Shown: positions 24,694 to 39,255, counted from the whole stretch's first letter. The stretch is 63,533 bases of DNA, filler included, from Octopus bimaculoides (GCF_001194135.2; 5 parts of 5 records of this genome joined end to end with filler, not necessarily neighbours in it), one strand, 5' to 3'. The notes: generated by a model from the letters alone, not told the origin. Program-made: numbers and translations.

Positions 24694-25703
24694 AATATTG
24701 TGGATTTTTTTCCTTTCCATGGGCAGCTCGATTGATTAATTTTCTTTAACTAAACACTTTGAAACTTCGTATACTGGTAGAATGTGTCATTTAGAACATC
24801 TTTTACTCTCAGCGTTGTTGAGAAAAGTTTCTATTTACGAAGTTATTTTGTGTTAAAATTCTCGTATTTCGGTAATTTCAACCAATCAATGGCGTATTCA
24901 TCTGAATAAAATTATTGCTGTTGCTTGTCAACAATAACTATCGATGGGGTATATTTCGTTTGTCACTATTATTTATGACATCGTGCGTTTGTACTGGTTT
25001 TAGCTCCAAGGTTTTAGGGTTAGGGTTAGGGTTTAGGGTTAGGATTTTAGGGTTAGAGTTAGGGTTTTAAGATTAGGTTTGGGCTTTTAAAGTCAGAGTT
25101 ACGGAAAAAAGTGAAAAATGAAGAAATTGGAGGGGAAGGGCGAAAAAATTTCAAAATTTCGATTTTTGGCAATTTTCCGGAATCTCCGTAACCGAAAAAC
25201 TGGATTTTAGGCAAAAAAAAAAAAATTATAAAAAACAATAATTTGCGAGAAAATGGGGGAGAGGATTACGGGACGAAGTCTTTTCGATAATAGTAGCTGA
25301 AAAACAGGAAAAAAAAACCCACCTAAAAGCAGTAGAAATGCACGAACGATTATGGTGGTGTCATGAAGTAAACATGCTTCAGATACACTCGTTTATTCAT
25401 ATGAACGTAACTGAGATTAAATATGTCATAAATCACAGTAATAAACAAAATTTACACCGCCGGAAGTTGTTGACAAACAACAGCAGTAATTTTATTCAGC
25501 TGAATACACGACAACGATTGGTTGAAATTACCGAAATACAACTTCAACACGAAATAACTTTGAAAATAGAAACTTTTCTGAACAACGCTAAGAGTAAAAG
25601 ATGTTCTATATGACACATTCTACCAGTATACGAAGTTTCAAAGTGCTTAGTTAAAGAAAATTAATTAATCGAGCTGCCCATGGAAAGGAAAAGATCCAAT
25701 ATT
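24694..25703. mobile_element. Foldback/MITE-like element with ~285-bp inverted arms and internal TTAGGG repeats
   Basis: 24694-24981 is the reverse complement of 25423-25703 with scattered differences; degenerate TTAGGG tract at ~25011-25082. Confidence 0.85.
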
Positions 25704-27914
25704 ACTTACACAAAAGAACAAACAAAAAAGAGAAAACTAGAAAAAAGGTAAGAGTGAGAGAGAGAGAGAGNNNNNNNNNNNNNNNNNNNNNNNNNNNNNN
25801 NNNNNNNNNNNNNNNNNNNNNNNNNNNNNNNNNNNNNNNNNNNNNNNNNNNNNNNNNNNNNNNNNNNNNNNNNNNNNNNNNNNNNNNNNNNNNNNNNNNN
25901 NNNNNNNCAGTCGTATTTAAAAGGAATAAACCACTAAATGTTCGAGTATCCGCCGTTTTAAGATTTTTCTATAGTTGATTTCGGGAACATTCACGTAATT
26001 TCTGAAACACCAACGTATAACTGATTTCGGGAACATCCACGTTTCCATCAAATCATTTCAAACTTCTTAAAAACGGGATTATATAATCTGAGATATCCAT
26101 GGCTACAATGTTTTTCATTATATCTTTGCTCGACCTGGTTAGACCCGAGGTCAAACAATGATAAAATCAACAATGACAACAAAAGCTATTAGATGCTTCC
26201 TCGTTGATAATTTTGTTTTTTGTTTTTTTTACTGCTGGTGGCACTATAACAATTATTGTTGTTTATATTGTTGCTAATGTTGTTGACACTGTTATTATTG
26301 CTGTTAATTTTTTTGTCACTATTGTTTTATCATTACGTTTTCTGAAATTACTTTTTCTGAAATTGTTGTTACAGTTGCTAATATTGTAATCGTTGCTGTT
26401 ACTGTTCATATTATTGTAGCTGCTAATGTTGTTAACGTACTTATTAGTGTTTTAATTAATACTGTTACTAAGGTTATTATGGATGGTGTTAATGTTATTG
26501 TTGCTTATGTAGTTGTGGTTGTCATCGACGATGTCTTAAGTGTTACCGTTGTTAAGAAGTGAATTGCTAAAATAAATGCGATAAACATAATGCATAATCA
26601 TTATTTCCACGAGAGACCTGAATTCATGAAAATCAGTGCATATCCATTTCCATGAACGCCGAGAAGAGATACATGTCGCTTCGGATAAGGCGCAAGTCTT
26701 TTACATGCAGAACATATGATATATTGCCAGAACATATCATCCTGGTTCAAACTGCTCATTGATCTTGAAGTACAAAAGATTATGGATCTTGCCCGAAGCA
26801 CTGCGAAATATTTTGAAACAGACACGAACTCACGATTTATGCTATTGGATGTCGTCTGCTTTAAACAATCAGCCATTTTGCCGCACAAAGATACAAAGCA
26901 AAATAACAACAACAAAAATGAGAATAAAATATAAAATATGTTATTTAAGTTTGTGTAATACATTATAATGTTATTTCATAGAATATAACGTAATAAAATT
27001 ATATTATATAATAAAGTAGGAAATCATATAAACGAAATATGGTGTAATAAAAGAACAACGTAATATGTTGAAACTCTAAGTAACAAGTTTCTACGTCAGC
27101 TGCGATATGAAAACTGTTATACCCGGTAGCAACAATTTCAATTCCCTTCTACGATCATTTTATCTATTTCTACACAAGCATCAGGATAAATGACATAATC
27201 ACCAAGTAAACGGGTGATTAATTGTTAGGTAGGAAATCAACATTAGAAAACAAACATGGTTTATAAAATGTTCTCTATTAGTTGTCTTTTACTTGTTTCA
27301 GTCACTGAACTGTGGCCATACTAGGGCCTGTGTTTAAGGGTTTTAGTCAAACAAATTAACTACTATACTTATTTATTTTGAAGTCAGGTACTTAATATAT
27401 AAATATCTATTGGCGTACCGCTGAGCTACAGAAGCGTAAACAAGCCAACCCCGGTCAAGCGTGGTAGAGGAACTAACCTAGATACAATGATATATGCAGC
27501 AAGAGTGTTACAAATCATATGACAAGAAGTAACTTTGGAAATATACTTTTGCCACCCTGGATAATACCAGGAAATCCGGCATATATGTAATTATTATAAT
27601 TTAACATTTTATCAGATTTATTGGTGTTTATATAAAAATAATGAAATGAATAGTAATTAAAGAAATATTCATTACCTTAAAATAAAATAAAATGAAACGA
27701 ATTCATCATTTGCATAACTCCTCTCATACCTACTGCTATTTACTTCCTCCCTTCCTCTGCATCTGTCTTTCTCTCTCTCTCTCATTGTATGTGTTCGAAG
27801 CTGTACGTATCTTGGATTTCGAACTCAGAGTATGCACTTACAATCTTTCTCATACAGTGCTAAATGCAGTCGTAAATGGTTGCAACACATTGTTAATTGT
27901 ATGGCCATTATCAA

Positions 27915-28260
27915 CAAAGAAACCCAAAACAGGTATGTAGGGCATATAGACAGCTCGTTCAACAATCGATTTCACCAACATAACACCTTCTTCTGGCACC
28001 GCTTCATGAAACACACTCAAAAAATATTGCAGTCTCTAGGAATAAAATATAAATATTAAATGACCAATTTTATACTTGGCAATGTTTTGTGGAATTGTGT
28101 CCAAGAACTGTTACCCATGCAGCACATTTAAGATCTGTAAAATAGCTATCTGTGAATACCTAATTCTGAGCAGAAAATATATCATTTCATAATGTCACCA
28201 AATACGGATAATTGTTTTTGAAAATATTACGGGAAACAAAAAAAGCTGCAGCATTTATGT
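27915..28260 (+). mobile_element. Possible Penelope-like GIY-YIG endonuclease relic
   Basis: RYVGHIDSSFNNRFHQH resembles YIG.T...F..R..QH; downstream CSTFKICKIAICEYLILS resembles the C..C..EK..IL segment; frameshifted. Confidence 0.4.
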
Positions 28261-28603
28261 GTTGGTGTAGTGTCTAGTATTTGACATTGCTCAGCATCAT
28301 GCATCACATGATCACTCTGAAAGAAAATAATGTATTCATGCGTTGAACCATCAAGGAATCCGAGCATAATAATGAGATGTATAATTTTTCAATTTCTTTC
28401 AGCGATAGTAATGGAAATGAACTTAAAATATGTAGGAATGTGTTTTCAATGAAAGAACGAAGGCAGAAGACATTTCTATAGCCATTATTGAGAATATTTA
28501 TAGTTACTAATAAAAGTTTAGCAGTCACTCGCAAACGAGTATGACATGGTAGTTTGTACAATGCTTCTGCCAATTGTTTTAGCAGAACACCAGAAATGTG
28601 GTA

Positions 28604-28696
<93 letters not shown>

Positions 28697-29812
28697 ATTA
28701 GTCGGTTGGTATTCATTTCCAGCTGAATAAAATAAAGCAAAGTGAAATGATGTGTCATGTTCAAGGACGCAATGCGCTGCCTGGTCAAGGAATTGAACAC
28801 ACGAACTAATGATCATCGACCCAACACTCTAAATACTAGGTGATGCGCTTCAGATTATAGTTGCTATTATCACTGTAACGAATGCGGTAAGTGAGGTAGA
28901 AACCTTTGCAGGAGAAAAGCACACCACTACTAACTTCATGGACGCCAGCTTTAGCTCAAATCAAAGAAAATTCATAGTCATTTATACGATTTTGTCCCGA
29001 ACAATAACAGAAGGGGCTACACGTTCAAAAGATGTCAGCTGACATAATGCTTAGAGGACTGAACATCGTAGATCAAACCATGGTACTGAGTTTCAAAGTG
29101 CAGCAGTTTGAGGAAAGAAGCCGTTAGAATAAAAGCACTTATGACTAAGCGCAACAGAAAATACAGGGTACATAGGAAGAAAAGCAGTTGACATGTTAAA
29201 AGGTTTCTAGTCAGGGTACTGGACCCTAAACACAAATTCTTGTCTAATTTCATTTTTCAGTTCAGAGAAGAATGAGTTCAAACCACCACAGAATTTAGTT
29301 TGGGGACAAATTCACATGTAACTACTAAACGACAAAAGAGAAAGATTTCAGTAAGGCCAAGATGATCGAAAGACCTTTTCTGCAGTTGGTAACAGAAACT
29401 GAAAGGTGTAGTCCAAGCAAGTTCAAACTGTGCTATTTCCACACATTACTCATTGAGGTTTCATTAATAATTTTTAACATGCTAACGTTGAATAATACTG
29501 AAACATATATTCAGTTATCTTCTGTACTTGTTGAAATAATTACAATAATACTACTAGTTGAGTTAATATTTTCTCTTCCTCGCTGCTGAATAAATGTTTC
29601 TAATATTGTTCTTTCTTTACCGCATAAGTGCGTGTAATAAATTTTTTATATTCTCTACATGATGCATTTCTCGCTTGGTTTATTAACAAAACGTTTAGTT
29701 ATTAATTATTTAAATGAAAGATATTATACTTTAGAAGGAAAAGCATGGAAAAATACGCGGAGAGTTACATTCGGAAACAATTGAGATTGGATGTTTCAGC
29801 ACGTTTCATCTC

Positions 29813-29874
<62 letters not shown>

Positions 29875-29959
29875 AATATTGTGAGTTGTGACCCGACTAA
29901 GAATTTAAACAAGAAAAAAAGTGGCAAAGTAATTTTATTAATGTGACGAGAGAAAGTGT

Positions 29960-30163
29960 GGTGAGCTGGCAGAATCGTCAGCGAGTCGGAAAAATGCTTT
30001 ACTTCCATACCTTTACGTATTGAGCTCAAATCTTGCTGGGGTCAAATTTGATTTTCATCTGTTCCGAGTCGATAGAATAAAATGCCAGTCAAGTACTCTG
30101 GTCAATGGTATCAACTAACCCCCTTCCCGAAATTTCCGTCTTTGTGCCAATATTAGAGACAAT
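29960..30163 (+). mobile_element. SINE family 2, degenerate copy
   Basis: GGTGAGCTGGCAGAATCG head and GTCGATAGAATAAAATGCCAGT core. Confidence 0.75.
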
Positions 30164-31235
30164 GAATGTGATGAAAACCAGGTTGAAAAGGAAATAAATT
30201 ATTAAGGCTGCATACAGAATAGAAAACCAAGTTCATTTCCGAACTAGAAGATAGGAATAATAAAGGTAAACGTGACATCACCCCCCCCCACACACACGTA
30301 TAGTTTATTGAGCGAGTATGCTTATCTTGCGACTCGATGTTCATGCCATTGCTCTCTCTCTCTCTCTCTCTCTCTCATTCTCTGTCTATCTATCTATCTA
30401 GAGAGATAAATAGGTACATAGATGATAGATATTAGATAATAATTTATTCAATATATAATGCATGTGTAAAAATATTCGTATTTGTGCGTGTTATCTTATA
30501 TTATACTACGTGCTATATATTTAATATATTCAAATTGTTGTCCAAATGGATTCAGTAATCACTCATAGTACTTCGTTCTTTTTAATATATACGAATAATA
30601 CGAAAATGAAGTGCCTCGCTTTATATGTTAAATAGAATGTGCGTTGTGTGTGTGTGCACGCGTCGATGTAAATGCATGTAAAAATATGTTTCCCCTCCTA
30701 CATATTACGGAGATACCGAAGCTGAAACTTGGTGATAAAACAATCATCTTCTTGTGATATATACACAATCTTCACTACATCTTCTCTTTAATACCATCCA
30801 TTCTGTGTTTATGAAGAAGACAAGTGTAAAATCAATAAACTATTTTCGTTAAATTTACATTCGTATTACATCAAATTAAATTAAGTATATGATAGCAGCG
30901 CAGCATGTTAACCGAATAAGGAGAGAAGAATTGCTTTAGAATCATAGCTAATAAATAAATCCCTCATTTGAATCCAACACCGAACGTTAGGATCTGCCCT
31001 GTTAAATCCTCCTTTTTACAATTTAGTGTTAATTCTAGCGATTCTTGCGACAGAGATTTTCAAAATTTCTCAATACAAAATCTGCGGAGTGATTTCGATT
31101 CTCGGATGCAACGGCTTCACTTGCACTTTATACCTGCTATGTCAATTGCAATAGCTTTTACGGGATATCTCATGTACTCGTATTTTAATACATGTTAAAA
31201 TGCATAGATCGCTAACCACTATACACATTTCCCCC

Positions 31236-31405
31236 CTTCCTTGTTTCTCTCCTTGTTTCTTTCTGTGTTTCTTTCTGTGGATGAGCGTAGGCTCGAAACG
31301 TTAAAGGCTTTTTCAATTCCCGAGCGTTATACTAATACATCTGTTTGTTTTCTACACCACCTGACTTCGTCTGTTGTCTTTTTTTTGTGTGAATTCTCCC
31401 TATAT
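31236..31405 (+). mobile_element. Penelope-like terminal repeat fragment with hammerhead-like motif at 31271-31306
   Basis: cttt-CTGTGGA-t-GAGC-gtag-GCTC-GAAAC-GTT-aaag: stems I and II and a palindromic ACGT stem III are present, the core deviates from CUGANGA; abuts (TA)n. Confidence 0.55.
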
Positions 31406-31434
31406 ATNNNNNNNNNNNNNNNNNNNNNNNNNNN

Positions 31435-31474
<40 letters not shown>

Positions 31475-31535
31475 GCAGTTAAATATATGTACGGTCATAG
31501 AGGGACCAACGTTTCGCATCCATAAAGCGCTTAGA

Positions 31536-31613
31536 TTTATAGACGAATCATCAGATTCTAATGCCGGAGGGCCTATAACCTCTGCCATTAGAGTCTGACG
31601 TGTCGTCTATAAA
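31536..31613 (+). ncRNA. Candidate pre-miRNA-like hairpin
   Basis: 34-nt arms 31536-31569 and 31580-31613 pair without bulges: 4 mismatches, 2 G-U pairs, ~8-10 nt loop. Confidence 0.5.
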
Positions 31614-34399
31614 GGTAAGTATGTATATATATACCTGGTGGTTCACCAGAAGCTATAAATCACAGGACTCAATACAAATGTAGAGTATTCCTTACTACAT
31701 TATAACTGAAAGGCTCCGATTTCTAGTAATCAGAGCAGCTCGTTTCTGATCATCAGCTGGCTAAACCGAGCCTGGTTATGTTTTGAATATCCAGTGTTTG
31801 AATATTCTTTTGAAATATGAAATAAAAGTTTGAAAGAAATGCTTATCCAAATGTTCTTCCGTTTAAAAACCTTTGTGAATGACACGTGCGAAAGCTACTG
31901 CTTCAAGCTGTTTGCATACAAAATGTTAACAGCTCATTTCTTTTGTTCAAACTATTGATATCTTGAAAGCTCCCGTTCATGTATGGTTGTACATTATCTA
32001 CAATAGGCTAAGTAATTTCGAATTCATGAGGATTCGTCTCATGCAAGAACCTTATAAACTTCAACAAAGCCGTAGCACATTTTCTGTTAGGATTGATAAA
32101 TCAATGTTTATGCCTGTAACAACGGCTTTTGAATGTGAGCTATGTTGCCCACCATATGTGTTAGGTTGATCACCTTTGTGTGATTCTACCTCTGCGCTGT
32201 ATATTATGATTTTTCTAAATAGTTACCGCAAAAGTTGCAGAATTAACATTAAATTCACCTTTATTTCATGAGGTAACAACATTTTCGTCGCACGATTTTG
32301 TCCCAGATAATGTTTGAGGCCAATGTAGCGCATGTGATTAAAAAAACAAAGGAAAGAAGTTGATGTTGAAAAGAAAAGGCTCGATTTTAGCAGCTGATGA
32401 TCGGAAACGAGCAACTCAGAGTAATGGAAATATGCATTTATAATGCCTTATGTGTGTGCGTATGTATGTATGTATGTATGTATGTATGTACCTGTGAGTG
32501 CGTGTGTGTGTGCATGAGAACAAAGTATGAAATGAGTGGTAGTTTTAAGGAATTAAAGCAACTTATAAAATATATAGGTAACATATTGAAGAGAGAGAAA
32601 CCAGGATAGATTCGAAGGCAAAAGTTCTGATTCATGTAGTTGACAGGTACACTCTGGGAGGAGACAGAAATGAAGTCTTTAGCGCTGATTTGACTTAGGT
32701 GTACATTGTATGTACCAATTGTATATTCGTCCTTTTGAAATCTTGTTATTCATCGCGCGAACACACACTCACACACACACATATACATACAGAGATTAAT
32801 TGAAAAATATATTTAATATATTATATGTACATATATAGAAATATTCGTGTTTGTGTGTTATATATTATATCTAATATTTAATACACATACAGATACTCAT
32901 AGAAGATATCACGGTGTCGCGAGTACGCCGATTATTTATTCACAATAACTATGAATTATTTAAGAATAACCACAGCAAGCCTCAATGTGATTTTATCGAT
33001 CTACGATTGGAAAGTCCACAAGCGTGTTTATTCTCCGCCAGTTAGAGAACTTGATTAAGATATATATATATACCCTTCAATGTCAATAACTGTTCCAAAT
33101 AACGCAAGTTTAACTGATGTGAACCATCACCAGGTTCTTTAAAACCAATTTTATTACTGAGATCAAGCGGTCATCACTTCATGGCTTCTTCTTTTTATGG
33201 AGTACAATGTTGACGCTCGATGCGAGTAAGACTATTGTGGTTATTTAGATCCAAGCCGGCTCTAAAATAACAAATCTTTAAATAAAGGATTTCAAGTCGT
33301 GACCATCACACATTTTTCCTGTGTGTAGAGAGCCTAAGACCACTTTAACCAACGTGTTCTTTTCTAAAGACGGTCAAGTGTGATTTGAAGATGTGTCGAC
33401 TAATATTTCTAGACGGTCAAGCGCCCAGTTGTTGTTTAGATTCATGTGAGCCCTGATCCATCAAACCTTTGATCGAAGACTTTACACCTGTAACCATCCC
33501 GACTTTTGCAAGGTGTAGGAAACACAAATCTATATTATAAAAGTGTTGCTTGTGATGGCAGTAGGATGTGATTTGAAACGACATTTGGCAGTTAATTCTT
33601 GAAATTCGAAAGCCCATTTTGAGATTCAGTTGTTGTTCTTAGGGGCTTGTTCCAGACGCTGTGAACTCGACAACGCAGTGTTTAGGTCTAGTGAGACCAT
33701 TGACGATCTTTTCTCTTTACTGAAAGTATCTCTGCAGCTGCTGCTGCGATTGTTGTTGTTGTTGCTGCTACTGGTGTTGTTGTTGCTGTTACTATTTTTC
33801 TTAGTGCTTCTGATGTAGCCTTCCTTTGTTGATATAATTGTTGTCGACGACCTCGATGTTGTCGTGTTTATATTTGTTTGATGTTATTCACTGTAAAATT
33901 GTCGCTGCAAACGCTGGTCTTGGTGCTAGTGATGCCGGTGGTGTTTGTTGTTTTGGTACTAGTGATGTTAGTACTGCTTTTGTTCTTCCTGTTGCTGCTA
34001 ATTTTGTTCTTCTTCCTATTGTTATTACTGCTGTTGTTGCACGTTTCACTTATTCAAGATAACAATGGATTATTTTGCACAGCTTTCTAATACTTCGAGT
34101 CAATTTACTAATAGCTTGACCTAGGAAAAATACCTTGCCAAATACTCTGGCTGTAAGCCAGTAAAGAACTTTTGGTCGATAATTACATCGATCGATCAAT
34201 AATTACATGGATAGATACAGAGATACAGAGATATACAAATAGACAACAGCCAAACAGACAGGCAGAAAGACAGACAGAGAGACAGGCAGGCAGGCAGGAA
34301 ACTATGTTGATATGCAGAGCAACTGATAATTATTATATTGATAGACAGACAGGTAGAGAGAAATATACGTACATACGTGTATACACACACACACACACA

Positions 34400-34485
34400 C
34401 TGCGTGTGTGTGCATGTGCATATGTGTATGTGTATATGCATATTATATCTGCATATATATATATAAATATGCATATATATTTATG

Positions 34486-34565
<80 letters not shown>

Positions 34566-34662
34566 TACATATATATATGCATATACATACATATATATAT
34601 ATACATACGTACATATATATGCATATATACACATGCATATTTATTCATACATATATAAATAC

Positions 34663-34713
<51 letters not shown>

Positions 34714-34719
34714 CATACA

Positions 34720-34753
<34 letters not shown>

Positions 34754-34814
34754 CATACATACACATATATATACATACATACATTGATACATACATACAC
34801 ACACACACATATAG

Positions 34815-34890
<76 letters not shown>
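34400..34890. repeat. Compound (TA)n/(TACA)n/(TAGA)n microsatellite; representative of many similar tracts (e.g. 3809-3900 ATC, 10130-10560 TA/TG, 28606-28694 GA, 36407-36495 ATT, 39955-40050 GT)
   Basis: Direct reading. Confidence 0.97.
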
Positions 34891-34893
<3 letters not shown>

Positions 34894-35648
34894 ACGATTG
34901 ACTGATTGATTAAGAAATAAGTAACTCTGGAAATTGATAAACAGTGCAAGATAGATGTAGAAATTGATACACATACATACACATATGCTAAAAGTCTCCT
35001 CTTACACCCTCACACATTCACTCTCTCTCTCTCTCTCTCTTTCTTTCTCTCTCTCACACACACACTGACGCAAATATTCGCTGTGTTATACCTGGCTGGC
35101 TTGTGAAACGAATACATAGACCAAGATAACTCAAGATAGCTGAGATAGGCTGCCAGACTGATAAAAACCAAAGATTAGAAGAGAAAACTGGTGTAGATCC
35201 TAAAACACATTCTTAATACATGTTAGTTTGTATTGGTAACAATGGAACCGGCATGGAAAGTAATGTGAGCAGATGTCTGCTGGAATTCGGTATTTCCACC
35301 TGGGCTATTCCATTACAGATATTCACACGCTTATATGGGTACGCTCGTGTATTTGTTTGTTTGTATGTGTGTCTGCAAATGTATGAGTATATATCTGCTT
35401 TAATATGTATATCATACATACGTAAATATCTATGTACGTATGTATGTATCTATCTATCTTGATACTTATCTCGATAGAAATGTGTATCTGTGTATGTGTG
35501 TGTGTGAAGCTATCCCTGAGATGTATGTATATAAATATAATCATAAGTATATCTGTACCCACAGATACATACACACACACACACGTGTCCATATCTGCAT
35601 TAGTATGTTTATGTACATACTTAGAGAAATACACATAAAATTAAAAGA

Positions 35649-35689
<41 letters not shown>

Positions 35690-36406
35690 TATATATGTGT
35701 AAATGAACACACATAAAGTTATAAACAAAATAATTCCCACATGACTCAAAGTTTCCTTTTTATTTCTGTAGTTATGTGTAATAAACGTTTCTAGAAATAT
35801 CAAGGAAAACGCGGGGAAATATGCAAAATTAAACGCAAACACACATTTACAACGCGCGCGTGCGCATAAAGTTAAAACCACATACGCTTCCATTACGTGC
35901 TATGAAAGCTTTGAAGAGCAAGAAAGGGGAAATAGTAAAAGATATGGGAGTTTACTAAATACAATATTTGTAGAGTGTAGAGGCAGTGGAGAAGCCACAA
36001 AAAGTTGGAATGGCGGTGAAGGTTACAGAAATGAAATTTCTAACAGTATGCTTCTCGCATCATGCTATACCGTACAACTTTCTAGAATATTTCCAAATAT
36101 CATTCTATGTAGGTAGCAATGAGAAAATTGCATTTGCCTTCTTCAAGACATACTGTTTACTTACTCAGTATGAATAACTTTGTGGCTTTGTGAGTGGCTA
36201 CTTGAAAAATCCTTCCGAGCGAAATAAAACGGTCTAGAATCAGCAGAAGATACGAAAATATCAGTGAGACCGGAAATCAACCTATGAATTTTTATAGCTA
36301 ACAAAAGAAAAGACGAGAGAGCAATATGTTGGTTGTGTGAGATTATTGATATAAATTGCAGAAGTTGCTATTTTCCATTGGTCGCTTCTCTGCAGATCTA
36401 ACGAAA

Positions 36407-36494
<88 letters not shown>

Positions 36495-37354
36495 TAACAT
36501 CTAGAGAAGTTGACTAAATATAGTTATCTTCTTCGGAATGTATAGAGTTTTTCAAAGGTACGCAAGTAATAAATAGATAGTCATAAATAAATGATTTATT
36601 GAAGCAGAAGCTACCTTGAAAAGCTTAAAAGGTAATTTTTACAATTTGTCTATCGGCTAGAAACAAATCAAAGACCTCTGATCAAGTGATCCATTAAATC
36701 TATGTAAAACTTACAACGAGATTCTCAAGTTACGATATTTGGAGCAATTAAGCAAATGTTTCCCTCTTTCCCTGTACATTAAATAGATGCCAGTGGAAGT
36801 TCTGTGTTATCGTCTATTTTTTTTTTTTCGCACAAAAACACGCACAACATCCACACATGTACACACAATATGCAGACATATACAAGATAAACACATATAC
36901 TCAACATACATGCATATATAGACAACATACATACACACATGCATCCGCTAATATAAATCTTGCATAAATATACAGCCGACTTTCAATACAACTTTTCTTC
37001 ATGTAACCCACCTCTTTAAACTGTGTGCGTGTGTGTGGTGTGTGAGTGGGGGTGGTGTGTGAGTGGGTGTTGTATGTGTGTGTAGTGTGTGAGTGGGTGT
37101 TGTATGTGTGTGTGTCTGTGTGTGTATTATGTTGTGTGTCCCCAGGGGATTTACTTCCTATGTTATTCTATGGGCTGTATACTCAAGCTCTGCTGAATGT
37201 TACACGAAAATATATTTTCTATCAGTTTTTCCGGAGTTGACAATACTTATAAAGCGTTGTCGATAGCCAATGATGTAAGCAATGATATTGCATAATAAAT
37301 GTAGATATATATCATCCTTTTATACTATATGTAGAAAGAAAGAAAGAAAGAGAG

Positions 37355-37394
<40 letters not shown>

Positions 37395-37504
37395 TCACAC
37401 ACACACACATTTAAACATAGACACACACATACTTACGTACTTACGTAAATACAAACATACATAGATACATGCATGCATATAGAGAGAGCGCGGTAGATAG
37501 AAAT

Positions 37505-37549
<45 letters not shown>

Positions 37550-38263
37550 ACAATTAACTTATTGATTAAGCAAATTTAGAAAATATCACAGCTTTTATAA
37601 AAGTTGAATGAAATTTAGATACATTCACGCACAAGGACTAGACAAATGCATCTAGTAACAACTACGCCACACACACAAACACACACAAACACACACAAAC
37701 ACACACTCAAAATATTAGATAATAGGTATAAGTTGGACAACATATATTATAGCAAATAAGAATATAAAACTACCAGCTTCCACATATTCTTCCGTCTGCA
37801 TCTTTGTAGTTTTCGATTTTCTTGCCTACATCTCAATTATAATCAAATTGTTATTATTAAATTGTATTAATTCATTTTAAAATTATACAGAGCTATTTAA
37901 TTGCTTAAATTATTTCAGTCTAGCTTCAAAACATGAATCTTNNNNNNNNNNNNNNNNNNNNNNNNNNNNNNNNNNNNNNNNNNNNNNNNNNNNNNNNNNN
38001 NNNNNNNNNNNNNNNNNNNNNNNNNNNNNNNNNNNNNNNNNNNNNNNNNNNNNNNNNNNNNNNNNNNNNNNNNNNNNNNNNNNNNNNNNNNNNNNNNNNN
38101 NNNNNNNNNNNNNNNNNNNNNNNNNNNNNNNNNNNNNNNNNNNNNNNNNNNNNNNNNNNNNNNNNNNNNNNNNNNNNNNNNNNNNNNNNNNNNNNNNNNN
38201 NNNNNNNNNNNNNNNNNNNNNNNNNNNNNNNNNNNNNNNNNNNNNNNNNNNNNNNNNNNNNNG

Positions 38264-38505
38264 GCGAACCCTGCTCTACTCTTTCACCACAACTTTCTCT
38301 CACTCTTACTTCCTGTTTCTGTTGTGCCTGTAATTGAAAGGGTCAGCCTTGTCACACTGTGTCACGCTGAATATCCCCGAGAACTACGTTAAGTGTACAC
38401 GTATCTGTGGAGTGCTCAGCCACTTGCACGTTAATTTCACGATCAGGCTGTTCCGTTGATCGAATCAACTGGAACCCTCGACGTCGTAAGCGACGGAGTG
38501 CCAAC
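38264..38505 (+). mobile_element. SINE family 3, 3' portion (head in gap)
   Basis: Matches the reverse complement of 7757-7940 and continues to ...GACGGAGTGCCAAC plus poly(A). Confidence 0.85.
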
Positions 38506-38541
38506 AAAAAAAAAAAAAATTAAAATTAAGATCATGAGCTG

Positions 38542-38733
38542 AGTTGGCGAGCTAGTAGAATCGTTAGCACGCTGTACAAAGTGCTTAGCGACATTTCTTC
38601 CGGTTTTACTGAAGTTGAGGTTACTTTGCCTCCCTTCGGATTATAAAATAAGTACCAGTTAAGCACTGGGATCGATGTAATCGGCAAGCCCCTCTCCACA
38701 GAATTTTCAAACCTTGTGCTTATAGTAGAAAAA
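38542..38733 (+). mobile_element. SINE family 2, degenerate copy
   Basis: GGCGAGCTAGTAGAATCGTTAGCACG head and AAATAAGTACCAGTT core. Confidence 0.78.
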
Positions 38734-39207
38734 CTCATGATTGAGCCTCTACTCTAACAACAACGAAATGTGTCAAAACCACCAATGTCACTTGGGTTCT
38801 CGATTTTCACGTGGGGTTTCAATTATGATCGATGCTTGCAGAGATTAAAATTTGAGCCTGAGATCTCCATTTTCTGGAAGCACATAACCCAATTCGAAGT
38901 ACTGCGTTTAATTCAGATCTATAAATTCCCTTTCTCCAAATATTTCCCTCAAAACTTCCTCATTCTAAATGACATTGAATCTGCTTCGAGAAGTGGATTG
39001 TTAATCTAAATTTAATGACATATTTCATATTACTGTGACACTCTATTCTATCGTGGGAGTCCCTATGGCGTCACTCAACGTGTAAGAACAGCTGCAAATT
39101 CCTTCAAATCACACCCTGTTGCCTTGAAAAAAAAAAAAAAACACGCAGTTGGCACACTTCTGATTACAGATTCGTACAATTGGGTTGACCTGAGGGAAAA
39201 CAAGAAA

Positions 39208-39255
<48 letters not shown>

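Noticed and set aside
25011-25082. True telomere or chromosome end
   Set aside because: Short, degenerate and internal to an inverted-repeat element.
34172-34982. YI/HT/CV/poly-I/poly-S/poly-V ORFs here and at other microsatellites, plus X-filled ORFs across gaps
   Set aside because: Translations of simple repeats or N runs.
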